Origin: Candidatus Saccharimonadota bacterium
GTDB taxonomy: Bacteria; Pseudomonadota; Gammaproteobacteria; Enterobacterales; Enterobacteriaceae
Direction of reading: 5' to 3'
NCBI RefSeq assembly: GCF_964059045.1
Contig: NZ_OZ060402.1
Location: forward strand, 30,001 to 62,000
DNA: 32,000 nucleotides
A model generated the notes under the pieces. The model saw only the letters and a list, made by a program, of their open reading frames with translations. It had not been told where the DNA came from and ran no database searches. Positions 11,372-22,187 of the stretch are shown one piece after another. The position numbers and the translations under genes were made by a program. How positions within the stretch are numbered: position 1 is the first letter of the stretch; every line of letters starts with the position of its first letter.

Positions 11372-11878
11372 TTAAAATGATTTTAAATTATTTTTTTTAT
11401 CAGATAAATTGGATAAAACGCGTATCATTTTTCCAGCAGCAGATTCTTTTATAATAAATAGTAAATGCATAATAGATTCTTTATATGTTGGCATATTTGC
11501 TAATTGATCAATTTGTGCATCCGTTAGTATTTTTTTTTCAAACACAGCATTAGTAATTTTAAATTTAATATTTTTTTTAGAAAAATCTTTAAATAATCTA
11601 ATTGCACTTCCAGGATGGTCTAAAGAATAACCAATAAATGAAGGTCCTGTTAAAAATTTTTGCAAACATTCAAAATTAGTTTTTTTAATGGCTAAATTCA
11701 ATAAAGTATTTTGTACTATACTAATTTTCACTCCAATTTTTCTTGCATCTTTTCTGAGTTCTGTAATTTGGTTTGCTTTAATTCCTCTAGAATCAGCAAT
11801 AACAGCAGATAGTGCTATATTGGCTATTTTATGTATTTTTAAAACGATTTTTTTTTTTTCTTGAAGGTTTAATGCCAT
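11372..11878 (-). CDS. rplJ: 50S ribosomal protein L10
   Basis: MALNLQEKKKIV...ALSAVIADSRGI...ITELRK matches E. coli L10 (MALNLQDKQAIV...ALSAVVADSRGV...MTELRK). AGGAG lies upstream of the ATG. Confidence 0.95.
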   Translation of the reverse strand: MALNLQEKKKIVLKIHKIANIALSAVIADSRGIKANQITELRKDARKIGVKISIVQNTLLNLAIKKTNFECLQKFLTGPSFIGYSLDHPGSAIRLFKDFSKKNIKFKITNAVFEKKILTDAQIDQLANMPTYKESIMHLLFIIKESAAGKMIRVLSNLSDKKNNLKSF

Positions 11879-12148
11879 ATTCCTGCTCCTAGATTCTAGA
11901 AATAATTAAGATGTTACTTGAAATAATAAGTTCTAAAAATTCGGTGCTATACTGTCACTATATATTATATTATAAATGAATTTATATTATAAATTAATTA
12001 TATTAACATTGAATATTATTTTTTTATTTAAAATTATTTTAAACGTAAAAATTATTATAAAATCAAAAATATTAAAATTATATAATTATAAATTCTTCAT
12101 TGATATTATCACTATAATATTTTTATTTTTTAAATTTAACAATATTAT

Positions 12149-12841
12149 TTAATTAATTATATATGGATCAATAATAATTGATACACCCATTGTTGTAGAT
12201 AAAATTATTTTTTTAATAAATAATCCTTTTGATTGATTAGGCTTTAATTTTTTTAATTTTTCTAAAAATGTAATAAAATTATTTTTTAGATTTTGAGCTG
12301 TAAAATTAATTTTTCCAATGGTTGTATGTAATATTCCATATTTATCATTCCGAAATCGTATTTGTCCTGATTTAGCATTATTAATTGCATTTTTCAGATC
12401 TTCAGTAATAGTACCTAACTTTAAATTAGGCATTAATCCTCTAGGACCTAAAATTGAACCTATTTTGCTAACTGTTGTAATTGCGTCTGGAGACGCAATT
12501 ACAACATCAAAATTTATTCCATTTTTTTTGATTTGTTCACATAAATCGTTCATTCCGATGAAATCAGCTCCTGCTTTTTTTGCTATTTTTATATTATCAC
12601 CTTGTGTAAAAACAGCTACTCGTATTAAACGACCTATACCATGCGGTAATACAATTGAACCCCTGACATTTTGATCTGTTTTTTTAGGATCAATTCCTAA
12701 ATTTACAGCTATATCTACACTTTCAATAAATTTTACTGAAGGAATTTCTTTAAGTATTTTAATTCCATCATCAATATTATATTTTTTTTTAATATTGATT
12801 ATTTTGTGAATAAGTTGCATTCTTTTAGTAGGTTTTTTCAT
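12149..12841 (-). CDS. rplA: 50S ribosomal protein L1
   Basis: 230 aa. ...TKRM....[35 protein letters not shown] matches E. coli L1 ([35 protein letters not shown]). Confidence 0.96.
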   Translation of the reverse strand: MKKPTKRMQLIHKIINIKKKYNIDDGIKILKEIPSVKFIESVDIAVNLGIDPKKTDQNVRGSIVLPHGIGRLIRVAVFTQGDNIKIAKKAGADFIGMNDLCEQIKKNGINFDVVIASPDAITTVSKIGSILGPRGLMPNLKLGTITEDLKNAINNAKSGQIRFRNDKYGILHTTIGKINFTAQNLKNNFITFLEKLKKLKPNQSKGLFIKKIILSTTMGVSIIIDPYIIN

Positions 12842-12844
12842 AAC

Positions 12845-13276
12845 TTATTCTCGTATTGTTAATCCCATTGATTTAGCAGTTCCTAAAATTGATTTACTTA
12901 TTTTTTCAATATTTGAACCAGTCATATCAGATGCTTTAATTTTTGCTATATCTTGAATTTGTTGATTAGTGATTGAACCAACAATTTCTTGGTTTGGTTT
13001 TTTTGATCCTGATTTAATACCAGCTGCTTTTTTTAATAAAGTTGAAGCTGGTGATGTTTTTGTAATAAATGTAAAACTTTTATCAGAATAAACAGTAATT
13101 ATTACAGGTATTGGTAATCCTTTTTCTAATTTTTCTGTTTTTGAATTAAATAATTTACAAAACTCCATAATATTTAATCCTTTTTGTCCTAAAGCAGGAC
13201 CAATTGGAGGACTTGGTGTAGCTGATCCTGCTGGAACTTGTAATTTTATGTAAGCTTGTATTTTTTTATTCACCAT
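12845..13276 (-). CDS. rplK: 50S ribosomal protein L11
   Basis: 143 aa. [38 protein letters not shown]...[11 protein letters not shown] matches E. coli L11. The stop lies 3 nt before the rplA start. Confidence 0.96.
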   Translation of the reverse strand: MVNKKIQAYIKLQVPAGSATPSPPIGPALGQKGLNIMEFCKLFNSKTEKLEKGLPIPVIITVYSDKSFTFITKTSPASTLLKKAAGIKSGSKKPNQEIVGSITNQQIQDIAKIKASDMTGSNIEKISKSILGTAKSMGLTIRE

Positions 13277-13328
13277 AATTATATACCTATATAGTATTAA
13301 ATATTATTTATTTTAAAAAAATATTTTA

Positions 13329-13874
13329 TTAATTTTTTTCTACTTGTGAAAAATCTAATTCTACTGGTGTAGATCTTCCAAATATTGATACTGATACTTT
13401 TAATCTACTTTTATCATAATCAACTTCTTCTACAATTCCATTAAAATCTGAAAATGGTCCATAATTTACACGAACTGTTTCACCTGGTTCAAAGAGTGTT
13501 TTTGGTCTAGGTTTATCACTAACTTGTTTAAGTCTGTTAATTATTGAATTTACTTCTTTATCACTAATTGGAGATGGTCGATCAGAAGTTCCTCCAATAA
13601 AACCCATGACTCTAGGAACATTTTTTACTAAATGCCAACTTGAATCATTCATATTCATTTGAATTAACACATATCCTGGAAAAAATTTATGTTCACTCTT
13701 TCTTCTTTGTCCACTTCTAATTTCCACAACTTCTTCTGCAGGAACCATGATTTCTCCAAAATCTGTTTCCATATGATTAAGTTTGATATGTTCTTGAATA
13801 GATTGTGTAACACGACTTTCAAAACCTGAAAAAGTTTGTAAAACATACCATCGCTTTTTTTTATCCTTAAACAT
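13329..13874 (-). CDS. nusG: Transcription termination/antitermination factor NusG
   Basis: 181 aa. [51 protein letters not shown] and [18 protein letters not shown] are collinear with E. coli NusG. Confidence 0.96.
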   Translation of the reverse strand: MFKDKKKRWYVLQTFSGFESRVTQSIQEHIKLNHMETDFGEIMVPAEEVVEIRSGQRRKSEHKFFPGYVLIQMNMNDSSWHLVKNVPRVMGFIGGTSDRPSPISDKEVNSIINRLKQVSDKPRPKTLFEPGETVRVNYGPFSDFNGIVEEVDYDKSRLKVSVSIFGRSTPVELDFSQVEKN

Positions 13875-13875
13875 T

Positions 13876-14256
13876 TTACCACCTTATGTTAGTAATCAAT
13901 GATACTAAATAAAATAAAAATCTGTCTAGTATCCATAAGATTAATGACATTATGGTAGTAACTATAGATACAATTAATGTCGTATATAATGTTTCTTTAT
14001 AGTTTGGCCAAATAATTTTTTTTAATTCTATTTTAGATTCATTGATTAAATCTAGTACATAAATTCCTTTTTGTGTTATCGAAAAAATTTTATATATCAT
14101 AATACTAGAAAATATTATTAGTATTATTCGAATAAATAAATTAATAAATTGATAATAATAATTACCTATAATAATGATAAAAATCAAAGTAATTATACTG
14201 CTCCATTTTATTAATTCTAATTGATGATTATTTTTTTGATCTCGATTATTATTCAT
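13876..14256 (-). CDS. secE: Preprotein translocase subunit SecE
   Basis: 126 aa, three hydrophobic segments. The C-terminal [46 protein letters not shown] matches E. coli SecE ([46 protein letters not shown]). The stop is 1 nt from the nusG start, as in the secE-nusG operon. Confidence 0.93.
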   Translation of the reverse strand: MNNNRDQKNNHQLELIKWSSIITLIFIIIIGNYYYQFINLFIRIILIIFSSIMIYKIFSITQKGIYVLDLINESKIELKKIIWPNYKETLYTTLIVSIVTTIMSLILWILDRFLFYLVSLITNIRW

Positions 14257-14582
14257 CAGAATTTTTAAAAACCATAAACATAGTTATTTGTTTCATTATT
14301 TGAAAAATATTAATATTTAATTTTTGATAAAAATAAAATGATTAATTTTTATTCAATAAAAAATAAAATTTTTATATTGAATATATAATTAATAAATTAA
14401 TATTTTATTTTTTATTATTATGAATTCAGATTTATATTCATTTTAAAATATATTGAATAAATTAATATGTAATATAGCATTATTATTTTTCTAATTGAAA
14501 ATTTAATTCTTCATTGATTCTTTTTTTTGAATGATTTAGGAAAATAATTAACTAACTATATATTAACAGTATTTTTTATCGA

Positions 14583-14658
14583 TGGTGCTGACACCCAGAT
14601 TTGAACTGGGGACCTCACCCTTACCAAGGGTGTGCTCTACCTACTGAGCTATACCAGC
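14583..14658 (-). tRNA. thrT: tRNA-Thr (anticodon GGT), 76 nt, 3'-CCA encoded
   Basis: The reverse complement is GCTGGTATAGCTCAGTAGGTAGAGCACACCCTTGGTAAGGGTGAGGTCCCCAGTTCAAATCTGGGTGTCAGCACCA. It folds as a cloverleaf (the acceptor stem has two G-U pairs), the anticodon loop is TTGGTAA, and it is close to E. coli thrT. Confidence 0.93.
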
Positions 14659-14667
14659 AAAAATATA

Positions 14668-14742
<75 letters not shown>

Positions 14743-14775
14743 TTAGTATAATTTTAATTAGCTATAATCTTTATT

Positions 14776-14857
14776 TGGTGGGAGAAGGATTCGAACCTTC
14801 GAAGTCTTTGACGGCAGATTTACAGTCTGCTCCCTTTAGCCACTCGGGAATCCCACC
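14776..14857 (-). tRNA. tyrU: tRNA-Tyr (anticodon GTA), 82 nt with a long variable arm, 3'-CCA not encoded
   Basis: The reverse complement is GGTGGGATTCCCGAGTGGCTAAAGGGAGCAGACTGTAAATCTGCCGTCAAAGACTTCGAAGGTTCGAATCCTTCTCCCACCA. The terminal A is the discriminator, and the genome continues AAT rather than CCA. Confidence 0.93.
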
Positions 14858-14878
14858 TTATTTTTTTCAATGATTTTT

Positions 14879-14951
<73 letters not shown>

Positions 14952-14960
14952 TATTTTAGT

Positions 14961-14989
14961 ATTTTACGAACAGATTATATTTTTTGCAA
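14961..14989 (-). promoter_or_regulatory. Candidate sigma-70 promoter of the tRNA cluster (TTGCAA - 17 nt - TAAAAT)
   Basis: On the minus strand, TTGCAA (14984-14989) and TAAAAT (14961-14966) are separated by 17 nt, and the -10 element ends 9 nt before the thrU 5' end. Such motifs are common by chance in this AT-rich DNA. Confidence 0.3.
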
Positions 14990-15373
14990 TAAAAATTTTT
15001 ATTCATAATAACATATTTTAAAATAAAAATATAATATATTATATTTTTATAATTATATGATTCTTTTAAATAAAAAATAATTTTTTAGTTCAAAGTTTTT
15101 TATTAAATATATTTAAATAATATATCAATGATATTAAAAATATTATTTAATTAAAAATTGTAATTTTAGAATTATAAAATATAATCTTATTTTTATATTA
15201 TTTTGAAAAAAATAATATTCAAGGTATATTAAAAATAATAATGAAAAATTAAATTATTTATTATTTTTTTAAAAATTTAATTAATGTATATGATGAATAA
15301 ATTACATGGATATCAACTATTTAATTTGATTTATTTTTTATTTTTGTTTCACAAACAATTAATGGAGTATAAT

Positions 15374-16261
15374 ATGAATATTATTAATGAATACAAACAT
15401 GATTTGTTAAATCACGATCTATGGAATTTAAATACTAAAATTCATATTTCATTTGAATTTTTTCCTCCAAAAAATTATGATATGGAAAATAAATTTTGGA
15501 ATTCAATAGGTAAATTGTCTACATTAAAACCTGATTTTTTTTCTATTACATATGGTGCTAATAATAGTCAATGTAATCAAATTTTTGATTTAGTTAGTAA
15601 AGTTAATCAAATTACAAAAGTTGAGGTAGCTCCTCATTTAACTTGCATTAATCATACTATTAATGAATTAGAAGATATTGCTGTAAAATATTGGGATGCT
15701 GGCATTAAACATATTATTGCTTTAAGAGGTGATGCACAAAATGTTGATAATAAAATAAAAATGTATGGTTCTGATTTAGTTCGGTTATTAAAAAATATTG
15801 CTGATTTTGATATTTCTGTAGCAGCATATCCTGAAATACATCCTGAAGCAATTAATGCAAAAATGGATTTGCTATATTTAAAGAAAAAAATTGACGAAGG
15901 AGCTAATAGAGCTATTACACAATTTTTTTTCAATATTGATAAATTTCTTCGTTTTCGTGATAAATGTATATCTAACAATATAAATGTAGATATTGTTCCT
16001 GGAATTCTACCGATTTCTAATTTTAATCAAATTTGTCGTTTTTCAAAAATGACTAATGTTGATATTCCAAAATCAATTTATAATATATTTAATGGTCTTG
16101 AAAAAGATCAAACAACAAGTATGATATTAGGTTCTAAAATAGCTATGGATATGGTTCAATCATTATATTCTGAAGGAATAAACAATTTTCATTTTTATAC
16201 TTTAAATTGTTCAAATATTTCTTATGCAATTTGTTGTTTATTAGGTATTAAACCTTGTTGA
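15374..16261 (+). CDS. metF: 5,10-methylenetetrahydrofolate reductase
   Basis: The track ORF starts at 15284, but the ATG at 15374 follows GGAG (15364-15367). It also leaves 24 aa before ISFEFFPP, exactly as in E. coli MetF (24 aa before VSFEFFPP). Conserved blocks: SITYGA, APHLTC, IIALRGD, DISVAAYPE.HPEA, GANRAITQFFF, HFYTLN. TGA stop. Confidence 0.93.
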   Translation: MNIINEYKHDLLNHDLWNLNTKIHISFEFFPPKNYDMENKFWNSIGKLSTLKPDFFSITYGANNSQCNQIFDLVSKVNQITKVEVAPHLTCINHTINELEDIAVKYWDAGIKHIIALRGDAQNVDNKIKMYGSDLVRLLKNIADFDISVAAYPEIHPEAINAKMDLLYLKKKIDEGANRAITQFFFNIDKFLRFRDKCISNNINVDIVPGILPISNFNQICRFSKMTNVDIPKSIYNIFNGLEKDQTTSMILGSKIAMDMVQSLYSEGINNFHFYTLNCSNISYAICCLLGIKPC

Positions 16262-16320
16262 AACATTTTTGATGATTAAATATTTTTTCGAAAAAAATAT
16301 TTTAATTGCATTTATATAAA

Positions 16321-17466
16321 TTATTTTATACAGAAATATTCTATAAATTTTTTAATAATTTTTTTAGCAGGTGTGATCATATTATTATCTAAATATTCAT
16401 TTGGTTGATGTGCTTGATTAATTGAACCTGGTCCTAAAATTAATGTAGGGGCAATATTTTGCATATATGATGCTTCTGTACAGTAATTGACAAAACTAGA
16501 TTTTTGTTTTGATAACTTTTCAATAAGATTTATCATTTTTGGAAATTTTGATAATGTATAACTAGGAATGGGGTCATGTATATTTTTTATTTTTATATTT
16601 TTAAATATATTTGTGATTTCTGTAAATTTTTTTAACATGATTTTATCGAATTTTCGTATAGATAAATTTGGTAATAGACGAATATCTATACTTAATGTAC
16701 ATAAATCACAAATTATATTTGCTGCTTTTCCACCATTAATACATCCTAAATTCATTGTAGAATATGGTATTTTAAATTCCTCTTGTAAACATATATTTTT
16801 TATTTTTTTTTTGATTTCAAATAATTTTGTTAATATTTTATACATTATTTCAATACTGTTGATACCTCGGTCAGGATCACTTGAATGTCCTGCTGTACCT
16901 GTTACACAAATTGATTTTGAAATATGTCCTTTATGTCCAATGATTGGTTTTAAAGAAGTAGGTTCACCGATAATTATTAAATCTGGTTGAATTTTTGTAT
17001 TTTTTGAAAAATATTTTGCTCCAGACATAGTAGTTTCTTCATCAGCAGTGATCAGTATATATAATGGTTTTTTAATTTTATTTAAATTAAAATTAAATAA
17101 TACATCTAAAACACAAGAAATAAATCCTTTCATATCAACTGTCCCTAAACCATAAAATTTATCATTTTTAATAGTTAATTGAAAGGGGTTCACAGTCCAT
17201 AATTTTTCGTTAATATCAACAGTATCAGAATGACCACTCAGTAATAAACCTCCTGGACCATAACCAATTTTAGCTAATAAATTAAATTTGTTATTTGTAA
17301 GAGGTATAGATTGGATCTTTGTAGAAAAATTCAAGTCATTTAACCAATTAGCTAAAATATCAATAATTTTTTTATTACTGTAATCGTACTCTAAATTAGT
17401 TGAATTAATTGATATAGTTTTTATTAATGTTTCATAGATTTGAATAAATTTAGGAAATTTTTGCAT
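16321..17466 (-). CDS. argE: Acetylornithine deacetylase
   Basis: 381 aa. GHSDTV, GLGT.DMKGF, KKPLYIL.TADEET.M.GA.YF, IIGEPTSL.P...HKGH, GHSSDP.RG.N.IE and LGPGSINQAHQP.EYL are collinear with E. coli ArgE. Confidence 0.95.
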   Translation of the reverse strand: MQKFPKFIQIYETLIKTISINSTNLEYDYSNKKIIDILANWLNDLNFSTKIQSIPLTNNKFNLLAKIGYGPGGLLLSGHSDTVDINEKLWTVNPFQLTIKNDKFYGLGTVDMKGFISCVLDVLFNFNLNKIKKPLYILITADEETTMSGAKYFSKNTKIQPDLIIIGEPTSLKPIIGHKGHISKSICVTGTAGHSSDPDRGINSIEIMYKILTKLFEIKKKIKNICLQEEFKIPYSTMNLGCINGGKAANIICDLCTLSIDIRLLPNLSIRKFDKIMLKKFTEITNIFKNIKIKNIHDPIPSYTLSKFPKMINLIEKLSKQKSSFVNYCTEASYMQNIAPTLILGPGSINQAHQPNEYLDNNMITPAKKIIKKFIEYFCIK

Positions 17467-17621
17467 ATTAAATTTCTTTATGAATAAAAATTTAGATTTT
17501 ATCTAAAACAGTTGTTATTGTATAGAATTAAATATTAAATATAATTTTTAAAAATTTTAATTTAACTAATTTATTTTTTAATTTTAATATTAAAAATATT
17601 TATATAAGGTATATAAATTAT

Positions 17622-18626
17622 ATGTTAAAAACTCTTATAGTAGGTGCTAGTGGATATTCTGGTATTGAATTAGTTTTTTACCTAAACAGACACAAAAATG
17701 TTAATATAACATCACTAGCAGTTTCTAAAAACAGTAAAGATATTGGAAAATGTATTTCTGATGTTGCTCCTCAATTAAAAGGAATAATAAACATTCGTTT
17801 ACAATCTATTACTGATATTATTGTTAACAATGAAGATTTTGATGTAGTATTTTTTGCTACTGATCATTTTGTTAGTTATGATTTAGTTCCTTTATTTATT
17901 TCTCGTGGTTGTGTGGTGTTTGATTTATCTGGTTCATTTAGAATGAAAAATTCTAATATATATACTGAATATTATGGTTTTGTTCACCATCATTTAGATT
18001 TATTGGAAAAATCAGTATATGGATTACCAGAATGGAATGCAAAAAAAATAAAACATGCTCAATTATTAGCTATACCTGGTTGTTATCCAACTTGTATACA
18101 ATTAGGATTAAAGCCATTAGTAATAAAAAAATTATTGTGTTCAGAACATATACCGGTTGTGAATGCTATTAGTGGTGTCAGTGGTGCTGGAAAAAAATCT
18201 AATTTTAATAATAATTTCTGTGAAGTTAGTTTGCATCCTTATAATATTTTCATACATAGACATAGTCCTGAAATTATGGAACATTTGAAAATTCCTATTA
18301 TATTTATTCCACATATAGGAGCATTTTCTCGTGGTATTCTTGCAACAATTACGTGTCGTTTAAAAACAAATATAAGTTATTTAAATATAATAAAAATTTT
18401 TGATGAAGTTTATCAAAGTAAACCATGTATTCGTTTATATAATAATGTTATACCTAAATTAAAATCTGTTATCCGATCACCATTTTGCGACATTGGTTTT
18501 GCATTAAATAATCAATATTTAGTGATTGTAGTAACAGAAGATAATTTACTGAAAGGAGCAGCAACACAAGCAATACAATGTTTTAATATTCGCTTTGGTT
18601 TTTTCGAAACTGAATCACTAATTTAA
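17622..18626 (+). CDS. argC: N-acetyl-gamma-glutamyl-phosphate reductase
   Basis: 334 aa. MLKTLIVGASGYSG.ELV.Y.NRH, VVFDLSG.FR, IPGCYPT, SGVSGAGKK, FCEVSL.PY, HRH.PEI and TEDNLLKGAA.QA.QC.NIRFG match E. coli ArgC. Confidence 0.96.
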   Translation: MLKTLIVGASGYSGIELVFYLNRHKNVNITSLAVSKNSKDIGKCISDVAPQLKGIINIRLQSITDIIVNNEDFDVVFFATDHFVSYDLVPLFISRGCVVFDLSGSFRMKNSNIYTEYYGFVHHHLDLLEKSVYGLPEWNAKKIKHAQLLAIPGCYPTCIQLGLKPLVIKKLLCSEHIPVVNAISGVSGAGKKSNFNNNFCEVSLHPYNIFIHRHSPEIMEHLKIPIIFIPHIGAFSRGILATITCRLKTNISYLNIIKIFDEVYQSKPCIRLYNNVIPKLKSVIRSPFCDIGFALNNQYLVIVVTEDNLLKGAATQAIQCFNIRFGFFETESLI

Positions 18627-18647
18627 ATCAATGAGTTTATTTTTAAT

Positions 18648-19427
18648 ATGAATAATCCTTTAGTTATAAAGTTAGGTGGGGTTTTATTAAGTAGTGATCA
18701 TGCCATGGAAGCATTATTTGATTTTTTATCATCTTATATACAATCTAATTCTCGTGATGTATTAATTTTGCATGGAGGTGGAAGATTAGTTGATCAAATG
18801 ATGATTAAATTGGGTTACAAAATTAATAAAATTAATGGATTAAGACAAACTTTATCGCATCATATAGATGTAATAACAGGAGTTTTATCAGGTACTGTTA
18901 ATAAAACTTTGCTGTCTTGGTCGAAAAGAAAAAATATAAATTCTATTGGTTTATGTTTATCTGATGGTGGTAGTGTTATTGTTAAACAATTAAATCAAGA
19001 ACTAGGATTTGTTGGTAAACCTGAACCTGGTTGTTCTTTATTTCTTAATAATATATTAAAAAATAATTTTTTTCCAATTATTAGTTCTATTGGAATTACT
19101 GATTCAGGTGATTTGATGAATGTTAATGCTGATTTAGCCGCTGCTGCTTTAGCTAAAACATTAAATGCAGATTTAGTTTTATTATCAGATGTAAGTGCTA
19201 TTTTAAATGGAAAAGGAAAACGTATAAAATCACTAAATAATATTGAAGCTGAATATTTAATTCAACAAGGTATTATTACTAATGGTATGATTATAAAAGT
19301 ACAAACAGCATTAAATGCTTCATATGTATTAGGAAAACCAATTGAAATTGCTAGTTGGCAAAATGTTTCCAAATTAGAATTATTATTTAATGGTATTTCT
19401 ATAGGTACTCGTGTTTTATATAATTAA
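18648..19427 (+). CDS. argB: Acetylglutamate kinase
   Basis: 259 aa. [63 protein letters not shown] and IASW match E. coli ArgB. Confidence 0.96.
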   Translation: MNNPLVIKLGGVLLSSDHAMEALFDFLSSYIQSNSRDVLILHGGGRLVDQMMIKLGYKINKINGLRQTLSHHIDVITGVLSGTVNKTLLSWSKRKNINSIGLCLSDGGSVIVKQLNQELGFVGKPEPGCSLFLNNILKNNFFPIISSIGITDSGDLMNVNADLAAAALAKTLNADLVLLSDVSAILNGKGKRIKSLNNIEAEYLIQQGIITNGMIIKVQTALNASYVLGKPIEIASWQNVSKLELLFNGISIGTRVLYN

Positions 19428-19455
19428 AATGTTTATATATTAAAGGAAAATATCA

Positions 19456-20682
19456 ATGAATAAAAAAAAAACAAATAAAGTAGTCTTGGCTTATTCTGGT
19501 GGTTTAGATACTTCAGCTATTATCCCTTGGATTAAAGAAAATTATAATCTTTCAGTAATAGCTTTTGTTGCAAATGTTGGTCAAAATAAAGAAGATTTAG
19601 AAGGAATTGAAGAAAAAGCTTTAGTATCAGGAGCTGATGAAGTTTATATCGTTGATCTTCGTGAAGAATTTTTATGTAATTACATATATCCTGTAGTACA
19701 TACAGGAGCTACTTATGAAGGAAATTATTTATTAGGAACCAGTATGGCACGTCCAATTATTGCTAAAGCACAAGTTGATTTAGCAATAAAATTAGAAGCT
19801 AAATTTTTATGTCATGGAGCTACAGGAAAAGGGAATGATCAAGTGCGTTTTGAAATTGTGTATGCTGCATTAGCTCCTGAATTAAAAGTTATTGCTCCTT
19901 GGAGAGAATGGAATTTTTATTCTCGTGAAGATTTATTAACATATTTAAAAACTAAAAATATATCTACTACATCTACAATAGAAAAAATATATAGTCGAGA
20001 TGATAATATTTGGCATACTTCTACTGAAGGTGGAATATTAGAAAATCCTTGGAACGAACCATTAAGTAATTGTTGGATCAAGACAGTGGATCCGTGTTTA
20101 GCTCCAAATGAACCAGAATCTGTTTCAATCAAAATTGAAAAAGGTATTGTAGTATCCGTAAATCAGGTAAAAATGAATCCTTTACAATGTTTGGAAAAAT
20201 TGAATGAATTAGGTTCTAAACATAGTATAGGAAGAATCGATATCGTTGAAAATAGATTAATTGGAATAAAATCTAGAGGATGTTATGAAACACCAGGAGG
20301 AACAATTATCATGAAAGCTATTCGTGCGATTGAAGAATTAGTATTAGACAGGGATAGTATAAAATGGAGATTAAAATTAGCTTTAGATATGTCTTATATT
20401 GTTTATGACGGTTGTTGGTTTTCTCCATATCGTGAATCTTTACAAGCAGCTATAAAAGTTTTAGTCAATTATTTTTATGGAGAAATAGTATTAAAATTAT
20501 ATAAAGGTATGGTGACTGTTGTACAAAAAAAATCTATTCATTCATTATATTCTCAAAAATTTTCTACTTTTGGAAAAGATGATGAATATCTTCATTCTGA
20601 TGCAGCTGGTTTTATTCGTCTTTTTTCTTTGCCTTCTCGTATTAGAGCACTACATCAAAAAAAAAATATTAAAGATAATTAA
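19456..20682 (+). CDS. argG: Argininosuccinate synthase (short, canonical class)
   Basis: 408 aa. AYSGGLDTS (the ATP pyrophosphatase P-loop), [44 protein letters not shown] lies upstream of the ATG. Confidence 0.94.
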   Translation: MNKKKTNKVVLAYSGGLDTSAIIPWIKENYNLSVIAFVANVGQNKEDLEGIEEKALVSGADEVYIVDLREEFLCNYIYPVVHTGATYEGNYLLGTSMARPIIAKAQVDLAIKLEAKFLCHGATGKGNDQVRFEIVYAALAPELKVIAPWREWNFYSREDLLTYLKTKNISTTSTIEKIYSRDDNIWHTSTEGGILENPWNEPLSNCWIKTVDPCLAPNEPESVSIKIEKGIVVSVNQVKMNPLQCLEKLNELGSKHSIGRIDIVENRLIGIKSRGCYETPGGTIIMKAIRAIEELVLDRDSIKWRLKLALDMSYIVYDGCWFSPYRESLQAAIKVLVNYFYGEIVLKLYKGMVTVVQKKSIHSLYSQKFSTFGKDDEYLHSDAAGFIRLFSLPSRIRALHQKKNIKDN

Positions 20683-20733
20683 ATATTAAATAATTATTTT
20701 TATTTAATTCGAATAATTTTTTATGGAGTTATT

Positions 20734-22113
20734 ATGAAACTTTGGGGTGGTCGTTTTTTAAAAAAATCTAATAGTTTTTTTAAAAAATTTAATAATTCTT
20801 TAAATTTTGATCATCATTTAGCTGAACAAGATATTTTAGGTTCTATTGCTTGGTCAAAATCTATCTTAAAAACTAATATTATTACTTTAGACGAACAAAA
20901 AAAAATAGAACAATCATTAATTATTTTATTAAAAAAAATAAAAATAAATCCAAATATTATATTTAATAGTGATGCTGAAGATATTCATAGTTGGGTAGAA
21001 GAAAATTTAATTATCATGTTAGGTCCTTTAGCAAAAAAATTACATACAGGAAGAAGTCGAAATGATCAAGTAACAACAGATTTAAAGTTATGGTGTAAAT
21101 CCCAAATTAAAATATTAATAAATAATTTAGAAAATTTAGAAAAAGTATTAGTGATTACAGCCGAAAATACAATTCATGTTATTATGCCTGGATTCACACA
21201 TTTACAACGTGCTCAACCAATTACTTTTGCTTATTGGTGTTTAGCTTATGTAGAAATGTTAAAAAGAGATAAAAGTCGTTTAAATGATGCTTATGCAAGA
21301 ATGGATACTAATCCATTAGGTTCCGGAGCATTATCTGGTAATGCTTGGTCTATTGATCGATCAGAATTAACTCGTGATTTAGGATTTTCTAGTACTACTA
21401 ATAATAGTTTAGATAGTGTCAGTGATCGAGATTATGTAGTTGAATTATTATCTATAGCTTCAATCAGTATGCTTCATTTGTCTCGTTTTTCTGAAGATTT
21501 AATTTTTTTTAATTCAGGTGAAGCTAATTTCATTGAATTGTCTGATTTAATGACGTCAGGATCATCTTTAATGCCACAAAAAAAGAATCCTGATTCTTTA
21601 GAGTTAATTCGTGGAAAATGTGCTCGTGTATACGGTGCTTTAATTCAAATTCTAGTATTATTAAAAAGTTTACCATTATCATATAATAAAGACATGCAAG
21701 AGGATAAGGAAGGATTATTTGATGCATTAAAAACATGGAATGATTGTTTAAAAATGTCTTGTTTAGTTTTAGAAACAATTAAAATCAATGATAAAATATG
21801 TCTTAAAGCAGCTCAATCTAGTTATAGTAATGCTACAGAATTAGCCGATTATTTAGTTCGAAAAGGTGTTCCATTTCGAGAAGCACATCATGTAGTTGGT
21901 AAAATTGTTTTAGAAGCGATGCATAACAATATTTATTTAGAACAGTTAACATTAGATCATTTTAAATTACATCATCAATCTATTGAAGAAGATGTATATG
22001 ATTTTTTACAGTTAAAATCTTGTCTGAATAAAAGAAATTCTCAAGGGGGTGTATCATTTATTCAAGTTAAAAATACCATAACAAATGAAAAAAATCGGCT
22101 TAATATCATTTAA
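20734..22113 (+). CDS. argH: Argininosuccinate lyase
   Basis: 459 aa. [76 protein letters not shown] and [16 protein letters not shown] are collinear with E. coli ArgH. GGAG lies upstream. Confidence 0.97.
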   Translation: MKLWGGRFLKKSNSFFKKFNNSLNFDHHLAEQDILGSIAWSKSILKTNIITLDEQKKIEQSLIILLKKIKINPNIIFNSDAEDIHSWVEENLIIMLGPLAKKLHTGRSRNDQVTTDLKLWCKSQIKILINNLENLEKVLVITAENTIHVIMPGFTHLQRAQPITFAYWCLAYVEMLKRDKSRLNDAYARMDTNPLGSGALSGNAWSIDRSELTRDLGFSSTTNNSLDSVSDRDYVVELLSIASISMLHLSRFSEDLIFFNSGEANFIELSDLMTSGSSLMPQKKNPDSLELIRGKCARVYGALIQILVLLKSLPLSYNKDMQEDKEGLFDALKTWNDCLKMSCLVLETIKINDKICLKAAQSSYSNATELADYLVRKGVPFREAHHVVGKIVLEAMHNNIYLEQLTLDHFKLHHQSIEEDVYDFLQLKSCLNKRNSQGGVSFIQVKNTITNEKNRLNII

Positions 22114-22162
22114 ATATAATCTAATAATATTGCATTAATTAAAATATAGTATGTAATTTCAA

Positions 22163-22187
22163 AACGCGATATTTTGAATATCGCGTT
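22163..22187 (+). terminator. Hairpin 50 nt downstream of argH (10-bp stem with a CGCG core, 5-nt loop)
   Basis: AACGCGATAT TTTGA ATATCGCGTT is one of very few G+C-containing motifs in a 719-bp AT spacer. The trailing sequence ATATATAAAATTT is only a weak U-tract. Confidence 0.4.

Noticed and set aside
12318-12674. A 118-aa plus-strand ORF overlapping rplA.
   Set aside because: It is an antisense shadow ORF inside a conserved ribosomal protein gene.
13664-13882. A 72-aa minus-strand ORF overlapping the nusG 5' region and the secE stop.
   Set aside because: It is an alternative frame of nusG on the same strand. The NusG frame is the conserved one.
15652-15978. A 108-aa minus-strand ORF inside metF.
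   Set aside because: It is an antisense shadow ORF.
16278-16303. An AT palindrome (AAATATTTTTTC GAAAAAAATATTT, one-base bulge) between the convergent metF and argE genes.
   Set aside because: It is almost pure A/T with no loop and a single G-C pair, so its predicted stability is very low. It may act as a weak bidirectional terminator but cannot be distinguished from chance symmetry.
16568-16990. A 140-aa plus-strand ORF inside argE, the longest antisense ORF in the window.
   Set aside because: Its F/I/L-rich low-complexity translation is what the complement of a K/N/E-rich gene produces. It has no RBS and nothing distinguishes it from chance, although its length is at the upper end for such AT-rich DNA.
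19917-21778. Minus-strand ORFs at 19917-20132 (inside argG) and 21530-21778 (inside argH).
   Set aside because: They are antisense shadow ORFs within conserved enzymes.
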